A stretch of DNA of 64,000 nucleotides from a virus (lineage: Duplodnaviria > Caudoviricetes), in the IMG/VR virus record IMGVR_UViG_3300027754_000037; one strand, written 5' to 3'. The notes below the pieces were generated by a model that had not been told where the DNA came from, searched no databases, and was given only the letters and a program-made list of their open reading frames with translations. Of this stretch, positions 55,903-64,000 are shown piece by piece (position 1 is the stretch's first letter; the number at the start of each line of letters is the position of its first letter). The translations under genes and the position numbers were made by a program.

Positions 55903-56087
55903 TTCTTTGGCAGAACTTGGCTGAGGAAGTATTCTTTTTCCAATACCACTTGCGTCTAGATATGTATGGGTCTATGAGTCTGCCAATCAACATGAGAAGG
56001 TGGTTGATTGAAAGGTTTATTCAACAAAAGGAAAGCGAAAATCAAGCAATGGAGGCCCAACAAAGAAAAGGAAGGTCTAGAAAGTAA
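55860..56087 (+). CDS. -1 frame extension of the gp26-like ORF (gp51/gpGT-like tail), via predicted frameshift
   Basis: T TTT TTC at 55860-55866; -1 frame open to TAA 56087 encoding ...LWQNLAEEVFFFQYHLR...RWLIERFIQQK. Confidence 0.7.
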   Translation, partial: FFLPPAQEGEDPSLVLWQNLAEEVFFFQYHLRLDMYGSMSLPINMRRWLIERFIQQKESENQAMEAQQRKGRSRK

Positions 56088-56827
56088 TGGCAAAAGAAAG
56101 ATATCAAAATCCGAGTTGCGGAGATGAGATTACGCTGCGATTGTTTACCTACCAAAGTAACAATCGCAGCAATGTCGAAAGCATTACAGAAATAAAAATT
56201 TATGTGATTGATGATACGCTCAGAACTTCAGAAAATCCTGAAGGATTGCATTTGATTGAAACAATCGATGGATCAAATGTCGTCGAAGAAGAAACTGGAC
56301 AATATTCGATTACATTTACAGCAAATCCAGACCTTTACATCATCGGCAATTATTACGATGCATGGACTGTAGTTTTTTCTACTGACGACTGCGCATCATC
56401 TGATATCTATAACAAATTCAAGTTGTATAGCCACCTTTGGTTTACTTCTCCAGTACCTTTAATTTACGATTTTAACTTTAATTTCAGGCCAAACAGGATT
56501 CGCAAGGGCTCAAAACGCTATGTAATGGTGCAAATCACCCCGAATGTTCCACGAGGTGCCGATATAACTCCCTATTACGAAAATCTTGCCATAGTCTCAG
56601 ATTTAAGGGTCAGTATGTCACTTTCTTGTGGAGAATGTGTACCTGCTGAGGAAGACCTCAGGTTGGTTGTAGATCGGCACCTTGTGGAATATCGGGAAAA
56701 GGGTTATGGGTATTGGTATTTTGACACAAGTCTTTATGAAGAAGGCATTTACGATGTTTGGTTTGAGCTCGCTTTGGGCGAAAACATCTATCTTTCTGAA
56801 AAGAATGCCCTACAAATTTTCACTTAA
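56087..56827 (+). CDS. Putative baseplate/structural protein
   Basis: 246 aa, beta-rich; TAATG coupling to the frameshift ORF. Confidence 0.65.
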   Translation: MAKERYQNPSCGDEITLRLFTYQSNNRSNVESITEIKIYVIDDTLRTSENPEGLHLIETIDGSNVVEEETGQYSITFTANPDLYIIGNYYDAWTVVFSTDDCASSDIYNKFKLYSHLWFTSPVPLIYDFNFNFRPNRIRKGSKRYVMVQITPNVPRGADITPYYENLAIVSDLRVSMSLSCGECVPAEEDLRLVVDRHLVEYREKGYGYWYFDTSLYEEGIYDVWFELALGENIYLSEKNALQIFT

Positions 56828-56967
56828 TTGAAAATTTTCCAATTTATTTGTATCTAGCGCACAAAACTTCCTGTAAACACATGTGCAACAGTAATTCGTT
56901 GTGTTTAACAACAACATGAATTCGTGTTACTGTGACCTACTATTCACAGCAATACAGGGAGGTTTTC

Positions 56968-58605
56968 ATGCGCTCTTCCGATTCTTTATCCGCAAAACTG
57001 AACTGGTGGATTTCGCACAACAAAAATGTTCTCTTCGTGGGCAAACACGGAGTGGGCAAAACGGCGATGGTCAAAGAGGCTTTTGACCAGCATGGTCTCA
57101 AATGGCGGTATTTTAGTGCTGCCACGATGGACCCGTGGGTTGACTTCGTGGGCGTGCCCCGTGAGAAAACGGAGCAAAAAATACCCAAAGAGTTTGAAAT
57201 CATTCGTGAACTGGCCAGTATAAGCCGTGACATCGCAGTCCAATGGGTGGTCAACAACTGGAAACTCGATGTTTCTGCCGCTCAGACTGTGGTGCAGCAC
57301 GCTGTTGATCGCAAGGAGGGTTTGACCCACCTCGAGATAGTGCGTCCGCACGACTTCGCAAGCGGAGAAATCGAAGCTTTGTTCTTCGATGAGTTCAACC
57401 GTGCTCCCAAAAAGGTGCGTAACGCCACGATGGAATTGATTCAGTTCAAGTCCATTAATGGTCACAAGTTCCCCAAATTGAGGTTCATTTGGGCTGCAAT
57501 CAACCCAGACGACAACGAGTTGGGCTACGATGTGGAGAAGATCGATCCCGCTACGCTGGATCGGTTCATAATCCCCGTCGAAGTGCCTTACAAGCCGAAT
57601 GTGGAATGGTTCCGCATCAAGTACGGTCAGAGGCTGGCCGACAGCGCAGTTCAATGGTGGGACGAACTGTCAGACGAGGAGAAGAACAAAGTTTCTCCCC
57701 GCCGACTCCAGTACGCACTTGATGTGTTCGTGGAGAAGGGTGATGTTCGTGATGTTCTGCCTGTAAGCAGCAATGTCAGCAAGCTCATCACGGCTTTCAA
57801 CACGGGACCCGTCACAGAAAAGCTGGATGCGCTGCTGCGTACCCGCAACGATGATGACACTCGTAAGTTTCTAAACAATGAAAACAACTTCGCTGCTGCC
57901 ATCAAGTACATCCCCAAGGCTCCGACCTTGATGGAATACTTCACTCCGTTGATGCCCAAGGAGAAGCTTGCTTCTCTGATAGACACCGACGAGAAGATGG
58001 GTAGCTACATCATCAACAACATTGACACGGTGCCTGTCTTCAACTCCCTGTGCCACGAGATGGTTGATGCCAATCTCAATGCCAAGGTAGTGAAAAAGAT
58101 TCGCCGTGCCTTGACCGAGAACGAGGGACTTGCTAAGGCTTATGCCCAGCGCACCTCGATTCAAAACCAAACCGCTCCGCAACACTTCAATGTGATGCGG
58201 GCGAACGCAAAACCTTGGGGTGCTCAACTTGTGGCCTTGAACAATGCCGACTTCTCATCGGCTGCGAACAGGTCCGCAATCTACGAGATGATCGCCCAAA
58301 AAATACCCGCCAAACTCACGGTTGAGGAGGCGGTTGATACTTTGGTGCTGTTTGAGAAGCTTTTTTGCGACATCAACAGCATCAATGATGCAAACGAGAA
58401 GGGAAAGTGGCACTTCCCAAGTGTCTTGACGGGTTTTGACAAGTTGATGGGCATGGTGAATCATTGCTTGTACCAGATTCACATGAACACAGGTCAAAAC
58501 CTTCCCAAGATCATTGAGGAAGGCAAATGCAAGTTTGGTAATCTTATGACGAAGATTGTCAACGCTGGCCTGCGCCACCACCTCCCAAATGATGACTTCA
58601 AGTAA
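56968..58605 (+). CDS. MoxR-like AAA+ ATPase
   Basis: Walker A GKHGVGKT, Walker B FFDEFNR, WAAINP and DPATLDRF; SD GGGAGG. Confidence 0.9.
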   Translation: MRSSDSLSAKLNWWISHNKNVLFVGKHGVGKTAMVKEAFDQHGLKWRYFSAATMDPWVDFVGVPREKTEQKIPKEFEIIRELASISRDIAVQWVVNNWKLDVSAAQTVVQHAVDRKEGLTHLEIVRPHDFASGEIEALFFDEFNRAPKKVRNATMELIQFKSINGHKFPKLRFIWAAINPDDNELGYDVEKIDPATLDRFIIPVEVPYKPNVEWFRIKYGQRLADSAVQWWDELSDEEKNKVSPRRLQYALDVFVEKGDVRDVLPVSSNVSKLITAFNTGPVTEKLDALLRTRNDDDTRKFLNNENNFAAAIKYIPKAPTLMEYFTPLMPKEKLASLIDTDEKMGSYIINNIDTVPVFNSLCHEMVDANLNAKVVKKIRRALTENEGLAKAYAQRTSIQNQTAPQHFNVMRANAKPWGAQLVALNNADFSSAANRSAIYEMIAQKIPAKLTVEEAVDTLVLFEKLFCDINSINDANEKGKWHFPSVLTGFDKLMGMVNHCLYQIHMNTGQNLPKIIEEGKCKFGNLMTKIVNAGLRHHLPNDDFK

Positions 58606-58625
58606 TCATTTGCCCGAATCGTGTT

Positions 58626-58661
58626 AAGGTAGGTCGGGATTAAGTCCCGGCCTACCTTTTT
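58626..58661 (+). terminator. Intrinsic terminator between ATPase and vWA genes
   Basis: AAGGTAGGTCGGGA-TTAAG-TCCCGGCCTACCTT plus T tract. Confidence 0.75.
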
Positions 58662-58688
58662 GTTGGCACATAAAAAAAGGATTCAGCC

Positions 58689-59996
58689 ATGCAAACAACT
58701 ACTCGGCCAGTCATCACTAACGAAGAATGGTATGAGATTAGCAACGCTTTGGAACCACATCACGCAGTCTTCTACAAGTTATGGCAGATGGGAAAACCGG
58801 TTTTTGACGAACGAATACCTACCGCCTGCGTACAATTCGACAAGGAAGGTCAATTCGTAGTCTTCCGGTTTAACCCGAAGTTTTGGCAAGAGCTTGATCT
58901 ACAAAATCGCTTGTTCGTGATCTGCCATGAGGCGCTTCACATCGTGCTCAATCACGGCATGCGTGCGATTGATGCAAAGATCAACGCACAAGCAACGAAT
59001 GTGGCGATGGATGTCGTGGTCAATCACACTCTTGTCGAGAAATTTGGGTTTGATCGCAAAAATATTGACAACCAAGAAAATTACTGCTGGGTCGATACGG
59101 TTTTCAAAGACCGTGACCCTTTACCTGAAACCGATGAGGCTTTCGAGCACTATTACAACTTGTTCGAGAAGACTTACGGAGATGGTGGCATGGGTGACGG
59201 CGAGGCTGGCACACCTCAGACCGTTGATGATCACAGCGATATGGCACAGCAAGGCCAAGATTGGGGTGATGTGATTGACAAGCTCAACGAGGGTCTTTCC
59301 GACGAGGAAAAAGAGACTCTCAAGGATACGGTAAAGAAACACTTCCAAAAACCTTCCGATAAGCCCATCGAAGATGCACCGGCTGGCACGGGCACGGGTG
59401 GTCAATGGGTTTTTGCTGGTGGACCGAAAGCTGTCAAGAAGCAGAAGTGGGAAACCATCATCCGCAACTGGGCAGCGAAGAGCATGAAGGAAAGCGACCG
59501 TGATGTCGAGCAATGGGCTAGGCTGAATCGCCGTCTGACCATGCTTCCACGAGACATGATCTTGCCATCAGAAATGGAAGTTGATGACTTCTATGACGAG
59601 AAAAACAAGATCGATGTGTGGTTCTTCCTCGACACTAGCGGTTCTTGCTGGAACCTAAAGGATCGTTTCTTTACTGCTGCCGAAAGTCTCCCAGAAAAAC
59701 GCTTTAATTTGCGTTTATTCTGCTTCGACACGACAGTTGCAGAAACCACTTTGGCCAGCAGGAAGATTTATGGTGGTGGAGGTACATCCTTTTGGATCAT
59801 CGAAGACCATATTCAAAAAGTGATGAAGAATGAAAAGGCACAGTATCCCAAAGCGGTTTTCATCATCACCGATGGACACGGTGACAATGTGAAACCGCAG
59901 TTCGCCAAGAACTGGCATTGGTTCCTGACTCAAGGCGGTTCAAAAGTTTACATTTCCAAAGAGTCGAACACCTACAATCTTGGTGACTTTGAGTAG
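58689..59996 (+). CDS. DUF2201-type metallopeptidase plus vWA domain protein
   Basis: CHEALHIV (HEXXH), FLDTSGS (MIDAS), GGGGTSF and IITDG. Confidence 0.9.
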   Translation: MQTTTRPVITNEEWYEISNALEPHHAVFYKLWQMGKPVFDERIPTACVQFDKEGQFVVFRFNPKFWQELDLQNRLFVICHEALHIVLNHGMRAIDAKINAQATNVAMDVVVNHTLVEKFGFDRKNIDNQENYCWVDTVFKDRDPLPETDEAFEHYYNLFEKTYGDGGMGDGEAGTPQTVDDHSDMAQQGQDWGDVIDKLNEGLSDEEKETLKDTVKKHFQKPSDKPIEDAPAGTGTGGQWVFAGGPKAVKKQKWETIIRNWAAKSMKESDRDVEQWARLNRRLTMLPRDMILPSEMEVDDFYDEKNKIDVWFFLDTSGSCWNLKDRFFTAAESLPEKRFNLRLFCFDTTVAETTLASRKIYGGGGTSFWIIEDHIQKVMKNEKAQYPKAVFIITDGHGDNVKPQFAKNWHWFLTQGGSKVYISKESNTYNLGDFE

Positions 59997-60003
59997 TCCT
60001 CTT

Positions 60004-60044
60004 AGGCGCACGCTTTCTCCTCCCGAGAGCGTGCGCCTTTTTTT
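60004..60044. terminator. Intrinsic terminator
   Basis: AGGCGCACGCT...AGCGTGCGCCT plus T tract. Confidence 0.9.
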
Positions 60045-60046
60045 GG

Positions 60047-60664
60047 CTAAAATCTGGCCCTCCAGCCCGTTTGATCCAGTTCTTGACCTAAGTCCCCAAT
60101 CGGGTAACGAAAGGCCGTCTTATCGTCAAATTTGAAGCCGAAAAAAGAAATATCTAATGGGCACAGTTCCTCAACTTGCTGGATGGTTTCCGAATTGTAA
60201 TATTCACGGTAGTCCAAGTGATCATTGCCACCCATTTTAGGATACATGATATCTTGAGGCATTCTCGTTGCCCTTTTTATTTTTTCCCAATCTTGATCGA
60301 TATTTGGTAGAAGTGCGACATAGTCTACAGCAATCTGACCCGTGTAATCAGTTAGGTAGTGGTATTGCTGAGAGTTATCGTACTTCCAAGGCTCCTGTTT
60401 CAATTCTTTCATGAAGTCATCAAATGTATTTGCTTTGCATGTTGTGGTTTCCATTTTTTCATAAAAATACAAGCTCACCAACCTATCCCAAGGATTACGA
60501 ACTATGGTCCAAATAAAATAATCTTTTATTTTTTCTCCCAATTTTGCCTTATTTTCCCCGAATCCTGCATGGCTATCGTTAGGCTCGGGGAATAGGTGCC
60601 AGAGGCTTCTTCCACCGCATTTCTTGATGTGTATTCGGATGAACTTGTATTCTTCGCAAATCAT
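60047..60664 (-). CDS. Sulfotransferase family 2 protein
   Basis: FIRIHIKKCGGRS and WTIVRNPWDRLVSLY. Confidence 0.85.
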   Translation of the reverse strand: MICEEYKFIRIHIKKCGGRSLWHLFPEPNDSHAGFGENKAKLGEKIKDYFIWTIVRNPWDRLVSLYFYEKMETTTCKANTFDDFMKELKQEPWKYDNSQQYHYLTDYTGQIAVDYVALLPNIDQDWEKIKRATRMPQDIMYPKMGGNDHLDYREYYNSETIQQVEELCPLDISFFGFKFDDKTAFRYPIGDLGQELDQTGWRARF

Positions 60665-61209
60665 GATTTTTTATGAGTCAGAAAGAACTCATCTTCCAGT
60701 TTGAGTAAATGATCAAGAGCCACGGCGGTCCACTTGCCGTATTTCATGGAATATTTGAATTCATATCCCTCTAGATTTTCAGTTATAAGAAATGCCAGCC
60801 AAGGTTTTCTGGTTTTCTTCCAGCACATCATGGGTTTTCGTCCGCTGCGTCTTGCATCGGACATAGCCTGTTCCAAAAAACCGTCCAACTCGCTGTTGCC
60901 ACGCATGAAGACGCTGCTCATGTCGATGCTGTCGTAGCCGCCCTTGCTTTCAATGGCAAATCCAAAATCTTCTGGGACAACGATGTCTCCGCTGAAAACT
61001 TGTTTTGCCTGTTCGCTCAACATGGTTTGCGACCAACGATTGCCTGAACCAACTGAACGACTGAAAGGCTTACCAAAACGAGATGTCAGAAGCTTGCTCA
61101 ATTCGAGCTCGTTGCGGTTGCCCTTCTTCTTGCCGTTCACTTTCTTTTTCCTTGGTTTCAAAAGATCGCCATCGATGATGAAATCATCCATATTTTCAAA
61201 ATCATGCAT
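60661..61209 (-). CDS. Holliday junction resolvase-like PD-(D/E)xK nuclease
   Basis: KKKGNRNELEL, SGDIV and AIESK. Confidence 0.75.
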   Translation of the reverse strand: MHDFENMDDFIIDGDLLKPRKKKVNGKKKGNRNELELSKLLTSRFGKPFSRSVGSGNRWSQTMLSEQAKQVFSGDIVVPEDFGFAIESKGGYDSIDMSSVFMRGNSELDGFLEQAMSDARRSGRKPMMCWKKTRKPWLAFLITENLEGYEFKYSMKYGKWTAVALDHLLKLEDEFFLTHKKS

Positions 61210-61266
61210 TAATCCTCGATCCCGTCCTAGCAGGACGGTAAAGCTTCACCTTATTTAGAGAGTATT

Positions 61267-62400
61267 TTAGCGGTTAATATTTGCGCTTAGATTTTCAAGT
61301 TCTTTTTTCTTGGACTCAAGCTCTGCAATCAGTTCTTCAAATTCGATCTTGCCGATAGACTGTTCTTGAACTAGCTGTTCGCTGTATTGTCTGATGTTGT
61401 TTACGATATCAATTATTTCATCGCATTTTCTGTCAACCACATCGACACGAAGTTCATCTTTGTTTTTTAAATATTCATTTTTCGGTTTTCTGTATTCGTC
61501 TCTTTCGTTCAGTTGCGTGACGATTTGAAATTTGGGTTCTACAAAATTAAGATCATGTCGCTTGCCATCAAATTGCCAAGGTTTGTAATTGTCTTTGAAT
61601 ATCTCAAACTTGTGAACATCTTTAACTTGCGTTTCTGAATCAGTCAGTCTGAAGTACCAAACTTGATTGTGGGGGAATTCAATAAGTTTATGAGACCTTG
61701 AAATACCTTTGATATCATGCACGCCTTCTTCCCATATTGCTGGTTCAGACATGAAGAATATTTGACCTAATTGCTCCCTGAGATCAACAAGCCACAGCGG
61801 TCTATGCTGGTTTCTAAAAAGCCATAGGTGCCTATCTCCTTCTAGACCTCTTTCGCCCAGAGCAACTGCCATGTGTCCTTCGTTGATGAAGCTGAATGTG
61901 TTGCGAATTCCAGCAAGTCTTTTTGGGTAAAGATCATCTGGAAGTTCCAGATCACAGTTTTCGGCATTTTCGATAATTCGTAAAATAATTTCTGAATCAC
62001 AATTTGAATTTACTACAAATTTTTGCTTGAGCGCATTGTATTCGATGTCATCAACACGACCATTATGTACCAATCCCAACGATCTGTCTGTGCTAGTGAA
62101 CGGATGATTGTTTTTGTTGAAGGCTGGTTCGCCAACACCTTTAGAAGCTCCTCTTGCGTGAACAAGCAAAAGATTTAGGTCATAACTTTGTATTTGTTTC
62201 CAAACTAAGCTTTTAACAAATTGACTAGAGCGTGTTGGTTCCTTGTGGTAAAGCAAAGCACCATCTTTGCCTGTTTCAACACCCCAATAACCGCTTGCGT
62301 CAATTCCTCTGGTTTCGCTTTTTTCAAACAGTCTGGTAATGATCTGATAAGAAACCAAAGGCTTAGTTGACTTGCCTATGAAGCCTGCGATGCCACAAAT
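61267..62400 (-). CDS. Class II (Ntn) glutamine amidotransferase; apparent ATT start
   Basis: Frame extends upstream of the track start to ATT-CGIAGFIG; RG.DA.G, HARGAS, NNHPF, HNG and DSE motifs. Confidence 0.8.
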   Translation of the reverse strand: MCGIAGFIGKSTKPLVSYQIITRLFEKSETRGIDASGYWGVETGKDGALLYHKEPTRSSQFVKSLVWKQIQSYDLNLLLVHARGASKGVGEPAFNKNNHPFTSTDRSLGLVHNGRVDDIEYNALKQKFVVNSNCDSEIILRIIENAENCDLELPDDLYPKRLAGIRNTFSFINEGHMAVALGERGLEGDRHLWLFRNQHRPLWLVDLREQLGQIFFMSEPAIWEEGVHDIKGISRSHKLIEFPHNQVWYFRLTDSETQVKDVHKFEIFKDNYKPWQFDGKRHDLNFVEPKFQIVTQLNERDEYRKPKNEYLKNKDELRVDVVDRKCDEIIDIVNNIRQYSEQLVQEQSIGKIEFEELIAELESKKKELENLSANINR

Positions 62401-62415
62401 AATACACCTACCTTT

Positions 62416-63000
62416 TTAGAATGCATCCATAGGACCGCTGCTACCACCCAGAGGAGGCGCAGCCATATCTTGGCCTGTGCCTACGGGAGGTGTGCCCTGT
62501 GGAGATTGATCAAGATTCATTGGCCCCGATGGCGCTCCCTGTGAGGCGGTTTTGCCACCTTTTTCTGCTTCTGGCGGTTGAGTAGGCTCTGGAGGTTTTG
62601 TTTCCGTACCACCCGTACCCTTTTTATCTCCGGTATTTTTCTTGCCACTCTCTGTCGGGGTAAGCTTGTTGATCGGAATGCCAAGATCAGCAACTAGTTT
62701 TTCCAAGGTGTCAGAAACACCTTGAATAATTCCCGGCATATCATCTTTTTCTTCAATTGACTTCATCAAAGCTACGCCGACCTTCTGCAAAACTAAAAGA
62801 TTTTTCCTCTCCTCTTTTGGCCAACTACTGTGCAAAACACGGCGAATCTGATTTACAATTCTTTGTGAATAGGAAATCATGTCACGAGTGCCAAGATTTT
62901 TGGCATCATCTCGCAATTCATGCACAGCAGTTAAAATATTGCCGACTTTTTGGGCCAAATAAGCCTGCTGCTCATTTAGAAGAAATTCTTTGAAACGCAT
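62416..63000 (-). CDS. Protein with capsid-targeting-like leader and Pro/Gly-rich tail
   Basis: MRFKEFLLNE; TATAAATA-N4-ATG. Confidence 0.75.
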   Translation of the reverse strand: MRFKEFLLNEQQAYLAQKVGNILTAVHELRDDAKNLGTRDMISYSQRIVNQIRRVLHSSWPKEERKNLLVLQKVGVALMKSIEEKDDMPGIIQGVSDTLEKLVADLGIPINKLTPTESGKKNTGDKKGTGGTETKPPEPTQPPEAEKGGKTASQGAPSGPMNLDQSPQGTPPVGTGQDMAAPPLGGSSGPMDAF

Positions 63001-63004
63001 ATTC

Positions 63005-63012
63005 TATTTATA
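63005..63012 (-). promoter_or_regulatory. Late promoter box TATAAATA, 4 nt before ATG
   Basis: Exact T4 late consensus; TATAAATA-GAAT-ATG. Confidence 0.7.
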
Positions 63013-63063
63013 GTTGGCAAATACAAAAAATCAATATTAGGACTAAAAAGTAGAGGTGTTTCT

Positions 63064-63255
63064 GTGAAAATTGGAATTTATCAAATTAGAAATTTAATTG
63101 ACAAAAAGGTCGCTCAATATAAAAACGGAAATTTTATTCAACAATTTGAATCAGTTTCTCAAGCAAGAAAAGAAAAAAATTGTAGTAAAATCTCAGAATG
63201 TTTAAGTGGTAAAAGAAAAACCTGTGGTGGTTTCACATGGGCACTTGTTCAATAG
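63064..63255 (+). pseudogene. Internally deleted GIY-YIG/NUMOD1 homing endonuclease remnant
   Basis: GIYQIRNLIDKKV joined directly to NUMOD1-like AQYKNGNFIQQFESVSQA...ISECLSGKRKTCGGFTW. Confidence 0.65.
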
Positions 63256-64000
63256 GCGGGAAGTTGGATTGTCTGTAATTGTTGGCAGCTTTTATTAATC
63301 CGCAAAAAAGAGCACTTGGAAATTGCAATTTTGACTTAAACTCAGGGTGCGCTTGGGTGCCAATAAAATATGGATGGATTGAACGGTCCAATTCCATAAT
63401 TTCAACCAGACCTTCGTCCGTGCTTTGACCACTTACTCTAAATCCCTTTTTCGCATATTGCTCCGTGTAGGCTGGATTAACCTCGTATCTATGGCGATGC
63501 CTCTCATGAATTATTTTGCTTCCGTAAAGCTCTAATGCCAAACTGTCTTTAACGAGTTCGCATCCATAAGAACCAAGACGCATAGTGGCAGATTTCTTCT
63601 TGAGGTTTTCTTGACCTTCAACATAGTGCACAACCGGATTAGTGGTGTTTTTATCGAATTCCAAAGAATTTGCATCGGTCAAATTGCAGGCATTTCTGCC
63701 AAACTCAACAACGGCCATCTGTAGACCTAAGCAAATTCCCAAAAATGGTATTTTCTTTTCACGCACATACTGAATAGCCTTGATTTTGCCCTCAACTCCA
63801 CGATTGTCAAATCCTCCCGGCACGATGATGCCAGAAAGTCCTTCAAAGTATTTGTGAAGACCACGAGCATCCTTGTATTTTTCTAGCTCTTCTGTCTTAA
63901 CCCATCGGATATTCACACGAACATCGTTGGCGATTCCAGCATGCATTATCGCCTCTTTGAGAGACATATAAGCTTCGTCGCAATTATCATATTTGCCAAA
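63233..64000 (-). CDS. pyrG: CTP synthase, C-terminal glutaminase domain (partial)
   Basis: GKYDNCDEAY.S, VPGGFDNRG, LGICLGLQ, MRLG, ERHRHRYEVN and QAHPEF. Confidence 0.95.
   Translation of the reverse strand, partial: FGKYDNCDEAYMSLKEAIMHAGIANDVRVNIRWVKTEELEKYKDARGLHKYFEGLSGIIVPGGFDNRGVEGKIKAIQYVREKKIPFLGICLGLQMAVVEFGRNACNLTDANSLEFDKNTTNPVVHYVEGQENLKKKSATMRLGSYGCELVKDSLALELYGSKIIHERHRHRYEVNPAYTEQYAKKGFRVSGQSTDEGLVEIMELDRSIHPYFIGTQAHPEFKSKLQFPSALFCGLIKAANNYRQSNFPPIEQVPM

Noticed and set aside
56986-57654. 222-aa minus-strand ORF
   Set aside because: Antisense shadow of the AAA+ ATPase

Overview
A 64-kb segment of a large (jumbo-type) contractile-tailed phage genome with a T4-like morphogenesis module, read in standard code 11. 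It holds prohead protease (gp21), scaffold (gp22), major capsid (gp23), neck (gp13/gp14), tail terminator (gp15), sheath (gp18), two tube-like genes (gp19), late sigma (gp55) and a gp26-like hub/assembly gene. These are interspersed with many accessory genes: LAGLIDADG, TnsA-like and GIY-YIG endonucleases, Dam-like MTase, HAD, Nudix, subtilisin, McsA, amidoligase, Ntn glutamine amidotransferase, Prim-Pol, sulfo- and glycosyltransferases, MoxR-vWA and a partial CTP synthase. Four signals stand out. (1) About 20 otherwise unrelated ORFs begin with a T4 internal-protein-like capsid-targeting leader (M-x-x-F-x-E/D-W/F/Y-L...E), suggesting a large head-packaged cargo set. (2) A late-promoter-like YATA(A/G)ATA box sits 4-5 nt before the ATG of eight genes, implying leaderless late mRNAs. 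(3) A T-TTT-TTC slippery site would fuse the gp26-like ORF to a hidden -1 frame ORF. (4) An Ntn amidotransferase apparently needs an ATT start codon. All family names come from motif recognition by eye; no database search was run.
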